A DNA stretch of 50,133 nucleotides, from the IMG/VR virus record IMGVR_UViG_3300045988_134114, positions 1-50,133 of that record. The stretch is one strand, 5' to 3'. Each line of letters starts with the position of its first letter. Position 1 is the first letter of the stretch. The position numbers and the translations under genes were made by a program. Below the pieces are notes generated by a model. That model saw only the letters and a list, made by a program, of their open reading frames with translations. It ran no database searches and was not told the origin of the DNA. Positions 31,989 through 42,023 of the stretch are shown in pieces. The DNA is from a virus.

Positions 31989-33080
31989 GTGCTAAGGTAT
32001 GACAGATTTGAACTAAAGGCGACGAAGACCGACGAAGGCTTTATCCGTGATACGCCGGTTATTGGCCGTACGGGCCTCATGACATACTACAACCACGATG
32101 GCACGAAGCGGATAGAATACCGACCGCCGGAAGAGGCATTTAATGCTGACAGCCTGGCCAGTTTATTGGGCAAACCTGTAACCGTTGGCCATAAAGCCAT
32201 GGTTAGTGCTACCAATGCGTCTGCTGTGCAGCCGATCGGCTCCGTGTTGTCGGCCGGCAGGCAGGATGGCAATAACATCGTGGCCGACATGGTCATCTAC
32301 AATCTGCCGACGAATGCCCGGGAGTTGTCCTGCGGCTACAAGCTCGACCTTGACGAGACGCCCGGTACGACGCCCGACGGCCAGCATTACGATGCTGTGC
32401 AGCGCAATATCCGCTACAATCACGTCGCCGTCGTAGCTAAAGGCAGGGCCGGCGTAGCCCGGCTTAACATGGACGGCGACCAAATCGACGAAGAAGACGA
32501 AGGAGGAGACATCCAGATGAACATGACAAAAGTAAGAACCGACAGCGGCATTGAGTATGACGCCGCCCCGGAAGTCAAAGTATACATTGAAAAGCTGTTG
32601 CAGGAACGAAATGATTCGAAAACCGAAATGGATAAGCTTCAGGCCAAGTATGATGCGGCCATCAGCGATTTGGACAAAGAAAAGAAAGAACACAAAGACG
32701 CTATGGAGCAGAAAGACAGGGAGTTTGCCGCCGCTGTGAAAGAACGCGTCGACATGCTGGAGGTCGCCAAGAATCACAACATCGACAAGGCCGATACGAT
32801 GAGCAACGCCGACATCAAAAAGGCCGTCATCAAGGCAGTTCACGGCGATTCCGTCAATATGGATGGCAAGAGCGACGACTACATCGATGCAATGTTTGAC
32901 ATGGCCAAGCAGAGCCAGCAGAGACGGCAGGACGGCATGGCCCGGCAGAGACAGACGGTTCTTCATGGGGATAGTAGCCAGAATAAGCAGAAAGATGACC
33001 ATGAAGACGAATACGATGTCAATGCTGCCATGGCCAAGCTCCGCAAAGACGAAGCGAACGCATGGAGCAAACCGGTATAG
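31989..33080 (+). CDS. Prohead scaffold/protease-like protein (DUF2213-like N-terminus, K/E/D-rich coiled-coil C-terminus)
   Basis: GTG start after GGGGGTGAG. 363 aa. Sits upstream of the capsid gene. Confidence 0.55.
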   Translation: MLRYDRFELKATKTDEGFIRDTPVIGRTGLMTYYNHDGTKRIEYRPPEEAFNADSLASLLGKPVTVGHKAMVSATNASAVQPIGSVLSAGRQDGNNIVADMVIYNLPTNARELSCGYKLDLDETPGTTPDGQHYDAVQRNIRYNHVAVVAKGRAGVARLNMDGDQIDEEDEGGDIQMNMTKVRTDSGIEYDAAPEVKVYIEKLLQERNDSKTEMDKLQAKYDAAISDLDKEKKEHKDAMEQKDREFAAAVKERVDMLEVAKNHNIDKADTMSNADIKKAVIKAVHGDSVNMDGKSDDYIDAMFDMAKQSQQRRQDGMARQRQTVLHGDSSQNKQKDDHEDEYDVNAAMAKLRKDEANAWSKPV

Positions 33081-33108
33081 GAAAGGACAGGACAGGAGGT
33101 AATTTATC

Positions 33109-33588
33109 ATGGCACAACAGAAACCCTTTACGTGGTATCAGCAGGGCATGGCGCCGGGATTCCCCGGCATGAAGGCCAATACGACGGCTGACGTCGTCGA
33201 TTCGTTCGCTTGCGAAGGCGGCGTCAATCCCGGCGAGCCCGTAGTCCGTGGCACAGACCCGGAACATCAGGCCAAGAAGGCCGCCGCATCGGAAAAACCG
33301 ATTGGCATTGCCCTTCACATCCACAAAGAGCCGCCCGCAAGCGATACGGAAGCATACTTCCCGGACGGCTATTCCCTGTCGATTCTGACCAGCGGCGACG
33401 TATGGGTAACAGCTGGCGGCGATGTGGCCGCAGGCGACCCCGTAGCCTATGACACTACGAAGGGATTTGTCAAAGGTACGGAAACGACGCCGTCGGGCAA
33501 CATGTTCCTGACGTCCGGCGAAGCAAATGACGTCGTGCGCGTCCGTATTCGCAACGCTGCCGCCATTACCGTGACGGCGGGGGAGTAA
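33109..33588 (+). CDS. Head decoration/cement-like protein (DUF2190-like)
   Basis: 159 aa. Call is based on position. RBS AGGAGG. Confidence 0.4.
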   Translation: MAQQKPFTWYQQGMAPGFPGMKANTTADVVDSFACEGGVNPGEPVVRGTDPEHQAKKAAASEKPIGIALHIHKEPPASDTEAYFPDGYSLSILTSGDVWVTAGGDVAAGDPVAYDTTKGFVKGTETTPSGNMFLTSGEANDVVRVRIRNAAAITVTAGE

Positions 33589-33664
33589 CGCCGGATACCA
33601 ACAATATCGTCGGCACAGCCGTCGTTGGTTCGGCGATAGTAGGATGAAATGGGGGTGTTAACGC

Positions 33665-34228
33665 ATGGCATACGAACCGAAGAAATGGGAAACTGGCAAC
33701 ACAATCACCGCTGCCGACATGAATCATATTGAAGGCGGAATCAAAAACATTGAATTGACGCCGGGGCCGCAAGGAGAAACCGGACCGCAGGGGCCACAAG
33801 GACCAGAAGGCCCGAAGGGGGACACCGGTGCAACCGGATCGGCGGGAGCTGCCGCCACCATTACCGAAGTGACGGCAACGGTGGACGCCAACGTCGGAAC
33901 GCCGACCGTAGAGGTTAAGATGGGCGGCACGGCGCAGGCCCGGACATTTTCCTTTGCCTTTAAGAACTTGAAGGGCGCTACGGGAGCGCAAGGGCCCGCA
34001 GGGGCCGACGGAACCGACGGGGCAAAAGGTGACAAGGGCGATACCGGCGATCAAGGCCCGCAGGGGCCGACGGGGGCCACGGGCTCGCCTGGGGCTGCCG
34101 GAAAGGACGGCCTGACTATCAAAACGATCGAACTCAATATTACAGGAACGACGATCTCGGGCACGGCTACGATGTCCGACAATACGACGACAGCGCCTAT
34201 TACCGGGACATACACGGCAGGCGCTTAA
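33665..34228 (+). CDS. Collagen-like (G-X-Y repeat) protein within the head module
   Basis: Two G-X-Y tracts: [28 protein letters not shown] and [46 protein letters not shown]. Confidence 0.75.
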   Translation: MAYEPKKWETGNTITAADMNHIEGGIKNIELTPGPQGETGPQGPQGPEGPKGDTGATGSAGAAATITEVTATVDANVGTPTVEVKMGGTAQARTFSFAFKNLKGATGAQGPAGADGTDGAKGDKGDTGDQGPQGPTGATGSPGAAGKDGLTIKTIELNITGTTISGTATMSDNTTTAPITGTYTAGA

Positions 34229-34252
34229 TTTTTTTTACAGGAGGATACCAAC

Positions 34253-35224
34253 ATGCCTAATGACAACAACATTCGTTATGATGACCGTGATTATAACGCC
34301 ATCGTACATACGGGCAACTTCGATGCTGACGGTAGCGTCTTTCTGGCCCGGCAACTTACGCATATTCGCGCGCAGGTCTTGCGTGTCAAGAAAGCCGCGC
34401 TGAATTCCTTTGATGTATTTCCTGTTACGACGGATATTCCCGTCGGTGCAGAAACGGCATTGCAGCGTGTCTATGACAGTGTCGGCGTGGCTGAAATCAT
34501 CAGCAACTGGGCGGACGATCTCCCGCGCGTCGACCTGCGCGCTAAGGAATCAGCCGTTACGGTCAAAATGCTTGGCGACGCATACGGTTACAATTACCGC
34601 GAAGTACAGAACGCGCAGTTTGCCGGAATCAGCTTGTCCGCTGAAAGAGGCCGGATTGCCAGATACGCCGTAGATTACAAGCTGAATTCTATCGCATGGC
34701 ACGGTGACGCCGCACATAAGATCATCGGCTTTTTGGACAACCCGAATATTTCGGAATTTACCCTTCCGGCCGACGGTGGCGATTCCAGCTCTACGAAATT
34801 GAAGGATAAGACCGAAGAACAGGTCTTCCGCGACTTGAACGATTTTATCGAATCTATCCCGGAAGCGACGAACGACGTCGAACAGGCAAATACGCTGCTG
34901 CTTCCGCCGTCCGTATACTCGTATCTGGCCACAACGCGCCTGAGCTACACCGAAACGACGTACCTTAATTTCTTCCGACAGGCTCATCCGGAAATTACCC
35001 GTATCATGCGCGTCGGTGAGCTGAAAGGTGCGGGAGAAAGTGGGAAAGACGTCATGATAGCCGGATATTTCGACCCGACGTATATCAAGTTCGAAATTCC
35101 GATTCGCTTCGACCAGCTGCCCGTCGAATACCGCAATTTGGAATACGTCATTAACTGCGTTGCTTCTACGGCCGGCGTTACTGTAACGATGCCGTTTGCC
35201 TTCGTCAAAGCCGAAGGCTGCTAA
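34253..35224 (+). CDS. Major capsid protein (DUF2184-like)
   Basis: 323 aa. RBS AGGAGGA. Call rests on position and size. The antisense 302-aa ORF was judged spurious. Confidence 0.65.
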   Translation: MPNDNNIRYDDRDYNAIVHTGNFDADGSVFLARQLTHIRAQVLRVKKAALNSFDVFPVTTDIPVGAETALQRVYDSVGVAEIISNWADDLPRVDLRAKESAVTVKMLGDAYGYNYREVQNAQFAGISLSAERGRIARYAVDYKLNSIAWHGDAAHKIIGFLDNPNISEFTLPADGGDSSSTKLKDKTEEQVFRDLNDFIESIPEATNDVEQANTLLLPPSVYSYLATTRLSYTETTYLNFFRQAHPEITRIMRVGELKGAGESGKDVMIAGYFDPTYIKFEIPIRFDQLPVEYRNLEYVINCVASTAGVTVTMPFAFVKAEGC

Positions 35225-35242
35225 GGAAAGGAGGACACTATC

Positions 35243-35557
35243 ATGATGATTCTTATGAATAAAACGGCCCGCGTCATCTTCGCCGGTGAGTATCGGCTTG
35301 TACCAGAAGTACCGCAGGAAGTCAACGAGGACAAAACGGCATTCTTGAAAATGTACCCCCGTATTAAGTCTTTGATTGACAAAGGGGATATTCAAATTAT
35401 CAGCGAGGAAGAAGCGCAGGCCGCTAAACAGGCTTTGGAAGATATGACCGTAACGCATCTCAGAGAGTATGCGGCTCAGAAGGGCATTGCTATTCCCGAC
35501 GGTCTGAAAAAAGCCGACATTCTCGAGCTCATCAAGACCGCTGAGGCGGATGAGTAG
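35243..35557 (+). CDS. Hypothetical head protein with a Rho_N/SAP-like C-terminal helix pair
   Basis: Motif LREYAAQKGIAIPDGLKKADILELI. Confidence 0.45.
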   Translation: MMILMNKTARVIFAGEYRLVPEVPQEVNEDKTAFLKMYPRIKSLIDKGDIQIISEEEAQAAKQALEDMTVTHLREYAAQKGIAIPDGLKKADILELIKTAEADE

Positions 35558-35559
35558 TC

Positions 35560-35952
35560 ATGACGCAGCTTGAGATGTTCCGAAAAATCGCCCCGGAATT
35601 TCAGCAGATTTCCGATGATGAGGTACAGGGAATGCTGGATCTTGTCGGCGACATCCTGAGTAAAAAACGGTTTGGCAAGATGTACGATCGGGCCGTCGCA
35701 TTGTTGGCGGCCCATCAGTTTACACTACAGACCATGATTGCCAGCGACGAAAACGCCGGCGCTGCGACGTCGCTGACGTCCGGCGCCCTTGTCTCGGAAC
35801 GGGAGGGAGATTTGCAACGCTCCTATGGCGGAATGGCGTCGGCTTCTTCGGGCGACGATATGGATTCCCTGCTCAAAAAGACTGTATATGGTCTGCAATT
35901 TCTAACGCTTCGCAGCATGTGCATCGTGCCGGTTATGACGCGGATGGGGTGA
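35560..35952 (+). CDS. Head-tail connector (DUF4054-like)
   Basis: Motif FRKIAPEFQQISDDEVQGMLD...LLAAHQFTL. Confidence 0.5.
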   Translation: MTQLEMFRKIAPEFQQISDDEVQGMLDLVGDILSKKRFGKMYDRAVALLAAHQFTLQTMIASDENAGAATSLTSGALVSEREGDLQRSYGGMASASSGDDMDSLLKKTVYGLQFLTLRSMCIVPVMTRMG

Positions 35953-35958
35953 TGAAGC

Positions 35959-36486
35959 ATGACAAAAGTCATTGACATTGACCTGGGGTACAAAGAGATC
36001 ATCGGCGATCTGGAACAGCTGGACGGGAAGAGCGTAGAAGCCGGCGTATTTGCCAACGCTGGAACCGAAAAGGACGGCAAGACCAAGGTGGCCGATGTGG
36101 CCTATTGGAATGAGTACGGTGTCGACATCACAGTCACACCGCGGATGCGGGGGTATCTGCACACCATCGGCATTCATTTGAGCCCCAATAAGACGACGAT
36201 TCATATTCCGGCCCGGCCGTTCATGCATCAGGCGGCCGACGCCAATATGGATAAATGGGGCGACACGGCGGAACGGCTTGTCACGTTCATTCTTAACGGC
36301 ATGTCCGCTGAGCAGGCACTCGAACTGCTCGGAACTCAGGCCAAGGGGGATATTCAGGCTATCTTCACGCGCGGCGATTTTGCCCCCAACTCTCCGGCGA
36401 CGATCGCTCGGAAAAAATCCAGCCGCCCGCTCATCGACACCGGCCGCCTGCGGAACAGTGTTGATTTTCGCATCAAGAGAGGATGA
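35959..36486 (+). CDS. Virion morphogenesis / tail-completion protein (Mu G / HK97 gp10-like)
   Basis: Motifs IPARPFM and RPLIDTGRLRNSV. Confidence 0.55.
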   Translation: MTKVIDIDLGYKEIIGDLEQLDGKSVEAGVFANAGTEKDGKTKVADVAYWNEYGVDITVTPRMRGYLHTIGIHLSPNKTTIHIPARPFMHQAADANMDKWGDTAERLVTFILNGMSAEQALELLGTQAKGDIQAIFTRGDFAPNSPATIARKKSSRPLIDTGRLRNSVDFRIKRG

Positions 36487-36493
36487 TACCACG

Positions 36494-36868
36494 ATGGGAT
36501 TCCGCAAACCTGTCAAGATTTTGCGCCGGGCCGTGGGTTCCGTCGGTGACGACGGCTATTATGTCCCGGGAACGGAGCAGGAACTGACGATTTTTGCCTC
36601 GGTGCAGCCGCTCAATGCTAATGAATACACGCAAATCGCCGCAGACGGGGCCAGAAACGTTCGGTACATCAAGGCATATACCAATACACCCCTACGCCCT
36701 GCAAAAGAAGCAGGATGGGCAAATACGGAAGATTCCGGGCCATGGGAGGCCGATACGATTCTCTGGCAGGGCAGCCGGTTTCAAGTCATCCAGTGTGATC
36801 CGTACCAGAGCGGCGTTATTAGTCACTACAAGGCCATTGCACAGGAGGTAATGCCGGATGATAAATGA
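36494..36868 (+). CDS. Hypothetical neck/tail structural protein
   Basis: Start M73 of ORF 36278..36868. Confidence 0.45.
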   Translation: MGFRKPVKILRRAVGSVGDDGYYVPGTEQELTIFASVQPLNANEYTQIAADGARNVRYIKAYTNTPLRPAKEAGWANTEDSGPWEADTILWQGSRFQVIQCDPYQSGVISHYKAIAQEVMPDDK

Positions 36869-37415
36869 CCAGAGACGATTTATTCATGACCTTGTCGCCG
36901 AGCTGCTGAACCTTACAAAGCCGTCAGTTATCTGGGCGAATCAAAACGACATGCCGCGGCCTATGAAAGCCTATGCGACGCTGCGCTTATACAATGTGCA
37001 GCGGGAAGCGGCCGAAGAGCTGCGGCCGACGGACAAACCCGGCGTCATGAACATCGTCGTGCCGACCTCGGCAATGCTTGAAGTGCAGTACACCGACAAC
37101 CAGAAGCATAACCCCCTCGAAACATTGGAACGGATGGTTCGGGGGCTTGAAAAGCCAACCGTGGCAGACCGATGTCAGGCTGCCCGGGTGGCTTTTTTTA
37201 ATGCCGGGCCAGTACAGGACGTATCATTTACGCTCGGCGCCGTCGCCTGGGAACACCGGGCCGCGGTTGACCTGAGCGTCCGATACATGTCGGAAATGAC
37301 GGATGACGTCGGCTACATTGAAACCGTCGAAATTGGCGGCACGCTTACCGGGCCGGTACTTACCGGCGAGGTGCGGATTGATTTACATGTGAAAGGAGAC
37401 AAATCAAATGGCTAA
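36858..37415 (+). CDS. Hypothetical neck/tail structural protein
   Basis: ORF track. Overlapping starts and stops with both neighbours. Confidence 0.45.
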   Translation: MINDQRRFIHDLVAELLNLTKPSVIWANQNDMPRPMKAYATLRLYNVQREAAEELRPTDKPGVMNIVVPTSAMLEVQYTDNQKHNPLETLERMVRGLEKPTVADRCQAARVAFFNAGPVQDVSFTLGAVAWEHRAAVDLSVRYMSEMTDDVGYIETVEIGGTLTGPVLTGEVRIDLHVKGDKSNG

Positions 37416-38796
37416 TATTGACAGGATTGTCAATGTTCAAATATCGCTGAATACGACCGGCATCTCGACGGAGGGATTCAGCACTTTATTGTGCGTCGGC
37501 CCGCATATGTACGGGCTTACGCGGGTCAGCACCTACACCGACCCAAACCAAATGATTGAGGATGGTTTTTCTGCTGACGACGCCTTGTATCGTATGGTGT
37601 CGGACGCCTTCGCACAGACGCCTTCGCCGGCGCAGGTAAAAGTCGGCCGCCAGCAGGTAGACGGCTTTACGCTCAGCGTTGGCCAACTGGGCGCGACTAG
37701 TACGTACACGCTGACCATCGGCAATACGCTGGCCGACGGGACGATCCGACAAAAGGAATACTCCTATACCAACAGTTCCGGAAGTGAATCCGATATTTTG
37801 AAAGGGATTTTACAGGCGATTACAGGCGATAGTGATTCTGTTCTGATAGATAATGATTCACAAGCCGATGAGCCGTCGTTAACGCAGCTGCATTTGGAAG
37901 CAAAGAATCCCGGAACGGCTTTTTCTGTGAAGGTCACAAGCAATTTACAAACTGCTATGGATGATACGACGGAAACCATCGCCTTCTCCATGGCTAAAAT
38001 TGTGACGTCTGATAGTGACTTCTACGGCGTTGCGCTGGCGTCTCGCGCCGAAGAGGATATTTTGGCCATGGCCGAATGGGCCGAAGCAAACGAAAAGCTG
38101 TTCGGCACGGCAACGGCGGCCGACGGAGCCAAAAACAGCGAGATTACGACGGACATTGGCAGCCAGTTGAAGGCGAAAAACTACTATCGGACGTTCTGGT
38201 TCTATCATGCCTTGGCCGCCGAAGAATACCCGGAATGCGCCATCATGGCCCGCTGCTTTGCGATTGACCCCGGTGGCGAAACATGGGCGCTCAAACAGCT
38301 GGCCAGCATTACGACGGACGGCCTGAGTGAAACAGAATCGCTCGCGGTACAGGGGAAGAATGGCAATACGTTCGAAGCCGTCCGCAACATCTCCATCACT
38401 CAGAACGGCAAAGTGGCCGCCGGGGAATGGATTGACGTCATTCGCTTCCGCGACTGGCTGGCCGAAGAAATCAAGGTCAACGTTCTGAACGTGCTGATCA
38501 ACGCCAACAAGGTGCCGTATTTGGATGTCGGCATTGCGTCTATCGAATCGGCCATGCGGTCGGCCTTGAATTTAGGTCAGGACAGGGGAGGCGTTGCACA
38601 AACAGAATATGACGAAGCCGGGAATAAGAACCTTGGTTATACCGTGTCTGTGCCGCTGAACGCTAATATTTCCCCAAATCAGAAGGCGCTGCGTGAGCTG
38701 AAGGACTGCAAATTCACGGCTCGCTTGGCCGGAGCCATCCACACGGTTGAGATTACGGGCAACCTGACCTATGAAGATCTGATTGAAGCCGCATAA
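37408..38796 (+). CDS. Tail sheath protein (DUF3383-like)
   Basis: 462 aa. Lies directly upstream of the tube gene. Confidence 0.65.
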   Translation: MANIDRIVNVQISLNTTGISTEGFSTLLCVGPHMYGLTRVSTYTDPNQMIEDGFSADDALYRMVSDAFAQTPSPAQVKVGRQQVDGFTLSVGQLGATSTYTLTIGNTLADGTIRQKEYSYTNSSGSESDILKGILQAITGDSDSVLIDNDSQADEPSLTQLHLEAKNPGTAFSVKVTSNLQTAMDDTTETIAFSMAKIVTSDSDFYGVALASRAEEDILAMAEWAEANEKLFGTATAADGAKNSEITTDIGSQLKAKNYYRTFWFYHALAAEEYPECAIMARCFAIDPGGETWALKQLASITTDGLSETESLAVQGKNGNTFEAVRNISITQNGKVAAGEWIDVIRFRDWLAEEIKVNVLNVLINANKVPYLDVGIASIESAMRSALNLGQDRGGVAQTEYDEAGNKNLGYTVSVPLNANISPNQKALRELKDCKFTARLAGAIHTVEITGNLTYEDLIEAA

Positions 38797-38813
38797 GAAA
38801 GGAGTGAACAGAC

Positions 38814-39242
38814 ATGAGCGTATTAACCTATGACCCGAAAAAGGTACTTGTCATTTTTGGCGGGCGGCAGATTACCGGGTTTTCCGAGGACGACATCGTT
38901 ACGATCCGCCCGCTGGGGGACGGCATGACGATTTACGCAGGCGCAGACGCAGAAGTCGGCCGCAGCATTGACCCGAATCATTGTTTTGAAATCGAAATAT
39001 CATTAGCGTCGACCAGTAAAAGCAACGACTATTTTTCAAATGCCTACAATCAAGACCGGGCCAATGGCGACGGCATGCAGCCGCTCATGATAAAAGATTT
39101 GTCCGGGACGACGCTGTTCTTTGCTAATGAGGCGTGGGTACAGAACTTCCCCGAGTCCAGCAAAGGGCGGCAAATCGGGGCCCAAAACTGGACGCTGAAT
39201 ACGGGGGCTGTAACTGACCCGATTATCGGAGGTAACGACTAA
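38814..39242 (+). CDS. Tail tube protein (DUF3277-like)
   Basis: 142 aa. Motif VLTYDPKKVLVIFGGRQITGFSEDD. Confidence 0.6.
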   Translation: MSVLTYDPKKVLVIFGGRQITGFSEDDIVTIRPLGDGMTIYAGADAEVGRSIDPNHCFEIEISLASTSKSNDYFSNAYNQDRANGDGMQPLMIKDLSGTTLFFANEAWVQNFPESSKGRQIGAQNWTLNTGAVTDPIIGGND

Positions 39243-39793
39243 TGTACACAGGTGGAGAAATCAAAGAGTATAAGCAGGGCGCCTATACGTTCAATATCCG
39301 GCAATTTGAGCCGTTTTATGCGATTAAGGTCTTAGGCGAACTGCAAAAGGTTATCGCTCCAGCGCTGGACGGCGCGATCGGCGGGCTGAAAAAGCCAGCC
39401 GTAACCGATGAAATGACGCCGGATTTGGGCGTATTTGCGACCATTGCCAGCGGCAGCTTCGTGTCGTTGGCGCAGCATTTAAGCGGCGAGGAATTATTGA
39501 GGATTTCTAAGCTGCTGCTGGATCCGGAATACGTCTACGTTAAGAACAGCAACGGCCAGTTTGAAAAGCTGACGGAAAGCGTTGCTAACGAAGTATTTTC
39601 CGGGCGGCCCTTTGACATGATTGCCTTAATGGTGAAGGTCGTCACAGTGAACTATCTGGATTTTTCGAAGCTCTCCAGTCTCCCGGCTGGCGTCCGCGAA
39701 ACCTTGGACGGCCTAAAGTTGACGTTCCGGGACGTATCGAACGAAATTTTGAATCCTCCCTCTTTATCTGGAGAGCCATTAAAGAGGGACTGA
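39242..39793 (+). CDS. Tail assembly chaperone
   Basis: Sits between the tube and tape measure genes. An open -1 frame lies downstream. Confidence 0.55.
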   Translation: MYTGGEIKEYKQGAYTFNIRQFEPFYAIKVLGELQKVIAPALDGAIGGLKKPAVTDEMTPDLGVFATIASGSFVSLAQHLSGEELLRISKLLLDPEYVYVKNSNGQFEKLTESVANEVFSGRPFDMIALMVKVVTVNYLDFSKLSSLPAGVRETLDGLKLTFRDVSNEILNPPSLSGEPLKRD

Positions 39794-39925
39794 CGACATT
39801 TCAGGACGTCAAACAGGGCCGCGTTACACTGGCCGAGCTGGTAGAGATGAATCAGTATTTAGAGCTGATATCCGACGTTGAGTATTACAACACGGAAAAG
39901 CGGATGAAGGGAGGTCGGGGACAGT

Positions 39926-41659
39926 ATGGCGGCATCGGCAGTAAGAGAGCTCATCGTTAGAATTGCATACATGTTGAATAAAAGCAGCCAACGCAAAGCG
40001 GACAGCAGTATCAATGCCACGAAAAAGAATATGGAAGGCATGGCGAAAAGTGCGGAGACTGCCGGAGCTGTAGCCGCTAAAGGATTTCAAGAAACGGGAA
40101 CAGCTGCACGAAAAGCCGCAGCGGATGTAGCAGCGGCGGCTAAACAAATGGGAGCTTATCAGGACAAAATGGGGCGATGGCGCGCTGCAAATGGCCGGTT
40201 TATCAGCATGGGCGGCGGTGTCGATGTGCCTAAAGGCGGCGGCTCATTAGGTCGTTTTTCAAAATATTTAGACGCCATTCGCAGCAAATCTATTCTTGCA
40301 AGAAACGCAGTCGGGTCTATCGCCGGAGCCGTCGGAGCTCTTACGATTGCCCTAAATCCCTTGGCCCTTGCCTTTGCCGGGGCCTTTTCCGTCTATGCTA
40401 TCAAAAATGCCGCCGACGAGATGATGAACCTCGACGGACGGCTGCGTACGCTATACGAAGACGAGCAGGAACGTCTTGCCATAGAAGACAGGCTCTATGC
40501 TATGAGCCAGCGAAACCGGCAGGGATTGAATGAAATCGGCGACTTGTATTTTAAGGTAGCCAGTTCCGTAGAACAGTATGGCATGGGAGCCGAAGAAGCG
40601 TCACGACTGACGGATATTGTCTCGAAATCGTTAACAGTCGGTGGCGCGTCGGCGGAACAGGCCAGTGCGACGATTTTGCAGTTGGGGCAGGCCCTCGGCT
40701 CCGGTCAGCTGCAAGGCGATGAATTAAGTTCGTTGCGTGAAAATGCCTTTACGCTCATGAAAGAAATGTCCAAATCGTTGGGAGTAACGGTCGGCGATTT
40801 GAAAGAAATGGGCGCACAGGGCGAATTGACCAGCGAGGTCGTCATTAATGCGATCCTTGCCAGCGGGAACGCCATCGACGCGCAGTTTGTGAAAATGCCG
40901 ACAACAATCGGCCAGGCCATGACAAAAGTCGGGAACTTTTTCCATCGATTCATTGGCGATGTCCAAAATAGCACCGGCATATTCGGAGAGGTTGCGCAAA
41001 AGATTTCTGAAACGGTGGATTGGTTCGACAAAATACGGCAGGTCATGAACGGCACGTTCGACTTTTCAACGGTAAGCGATGAAGAAATGAGTTCTCTCAT
41101 TGACCTGAAGTATGACCTTCTGGCCGCTTGGGACATCCTCAAAAAAATCGGCGGATACCTGCAAACCGGATTTAGCGCCGCCGTCGACGTTGCGGGCGGC
41201 GTGATTAACTGGTTCCGGGATAATTGGGAGATGTTGTCGGCCGCTGCCGAGCCTATCCTTGGGAATATCAACGATGGCATAAACTATCTGGAACATTCCT
41301 TAACTGCCAATAAAGGCGTATGGCAAGTCTGGGGCGGCGTTATTTTAGGGCTATTGTGGGGCATATTGGAAACAGCTTCATGGGTCTTCAAAGGAGCGGC
41401 GGCGTTTATTGATATTTTCACGACGGCTATACAAAAAGTTGCCGATGCCCTTACTACGGTAATTGATAAATTGCGGGAGGCATTGGGCTTACAGCAAAAA
41501 TTCAACGTCCAAGGTAGCGCAACGGAAGCCGTCGCGAAACAATGGTTCCAGCCGACTATATATCAGAATAATGACTATCACTTGAATGATTCTTCGCAGC
41601 TAAATGATGCGGTAGCATCAGCGGGGTACGGCTTACCGGAGTGGATGGCCGGGCCATAA
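39926..41659 (+). CDS. Tape measure protein
   Basis: 577 aa. Motif ILQLGQALGSGQLQGDELSSLRENAF..., plus TM-like segments. Confidence 0.8.
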   Translation: MAASAVRELIVRIAYMLNKSSQRKADSSINATKKNMEGMAKSAETAGAVAAKGFQETGTAARKAAADVAAAAKQMGAYQDKMGRWRAANGRFISMGGGVDVPKGGGSLGRFSKYLDAIRSKSILARNAVGSIAGAVGALTIALNPLALAFAGAFSVYAIKNAADEMMNLDGRLRTLYEDEQERLAIEDRLYAMSQRNRQGLNEIGDLYFKVASSVEQYGMGAEEASRLTDIVSKSLTVGGASAEQASATILQLGQALGSGQLQGDELSSLRENAFTLMKEMSKSLGVTVGDLKEMGAQGELTSEVVINAILASGNAIDAQFVKMPTTIGQAMTKVGNFFHRFIGDVQNSTGIFGEVAQKISETVDWFDKIRQVMNGTFDFSTVSDEEMSSLIDLKYDLLAAWDILKKIGGYLQTGFSAAVDVAGGVINWFRDNWEMLSAAAEPILGNINDGINYLEHSLTANKGVWQVWGGVILGLLWGILETASWVFKGAAAFIDIFTTAIQKVADALTTVIDKLREALGLQQKFNVQGSATEAVAKQWFQPTIYQNNDYHLNDSSQLNDAVASAGYGLPEWMAGP

Positions 41660-41670
41660 AAAAACACCTC

Positions 41671-41711
41671 TTGACTTTTTGGCTACATAAAAATATAATA
41701 AAAGTGTAGCC
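41671..41711 (+). promoter_or_regulatory. Consensus sigma70 promoter (TTGACT, 17 nt, TATAAT). The -10 element is bracketed by the inverted repeat GGCTACA/TGTAGCC
   Basis: Read directly at 41671-41699. Inverted repeat spans 41681-41711. Confidence 0.65.
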
Positions 41712-41732
41712 AATAAAGAGAGGTGAACATAG

Positions 41733-41915
41733 ATGGCTGAAAAAAAAAGAATAGGTAGACCTGTTTCTGCCAACCCCAAAAGTGTTCAAATGCGAATACG
41801 GTTGACGGAAGAAGAAAGTAAAATCTTAGAGGAATGCGCCGAAAAATTAAAAACCACTAAAAGTAAGGTATTTATCATTGGGATGCATAAGGTCTACGAA
41901 GAAATAAAAAAATAG
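41733..41915 (+). CDS. Ribbon-helix-helix (Arc/CopG-like) protein
   Basis: Motif KSVQMRIRLTEEESKILEECAEKLKTTKSKVFIIGM. Confidence 0.6.
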   Translation: MAEKKRIGRPVSANPKSVQMRIRLTEEESKILEECAEKLKTTKSKVFIIGMHKVYEEIKK

Positions 41916-42023
41916 AGCGTTGCGGCTCCGTGGAAAAGAACGCAACACTCTATTGTGCTGAGGCTATGCCTCGTGAAATATTGTATCATAAGGCATAGCT
42001 TCTTTCAATGAAAGGAGTTTGTC

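Noticed and set aside
32163-33110. 315-aa minus-strand ORF antisense to the scaffold gene. The same applies to 34550..35458, 35902..36516, 47847..48446, 47915..48496, 15494..16030, 19587..20090 and 45973..46410
   Set aside because: All lie fully inside well-supported sense genes of a unidirectional operon. They lack RBSs and have skewed compositions (R/G/V/F-rich) typical of antisense frames in GC-balanced coding DNA.
33566-34054. Minus-strand and alternative-frame ORFs across the collagen-like gene (33566..34054, 33724..34035)
   Set aside because: They are artefacts of the GGN-CCN repeat, which is open in several frames. Only the plus frame gives a regular G-X-Y pattern with an RBS.
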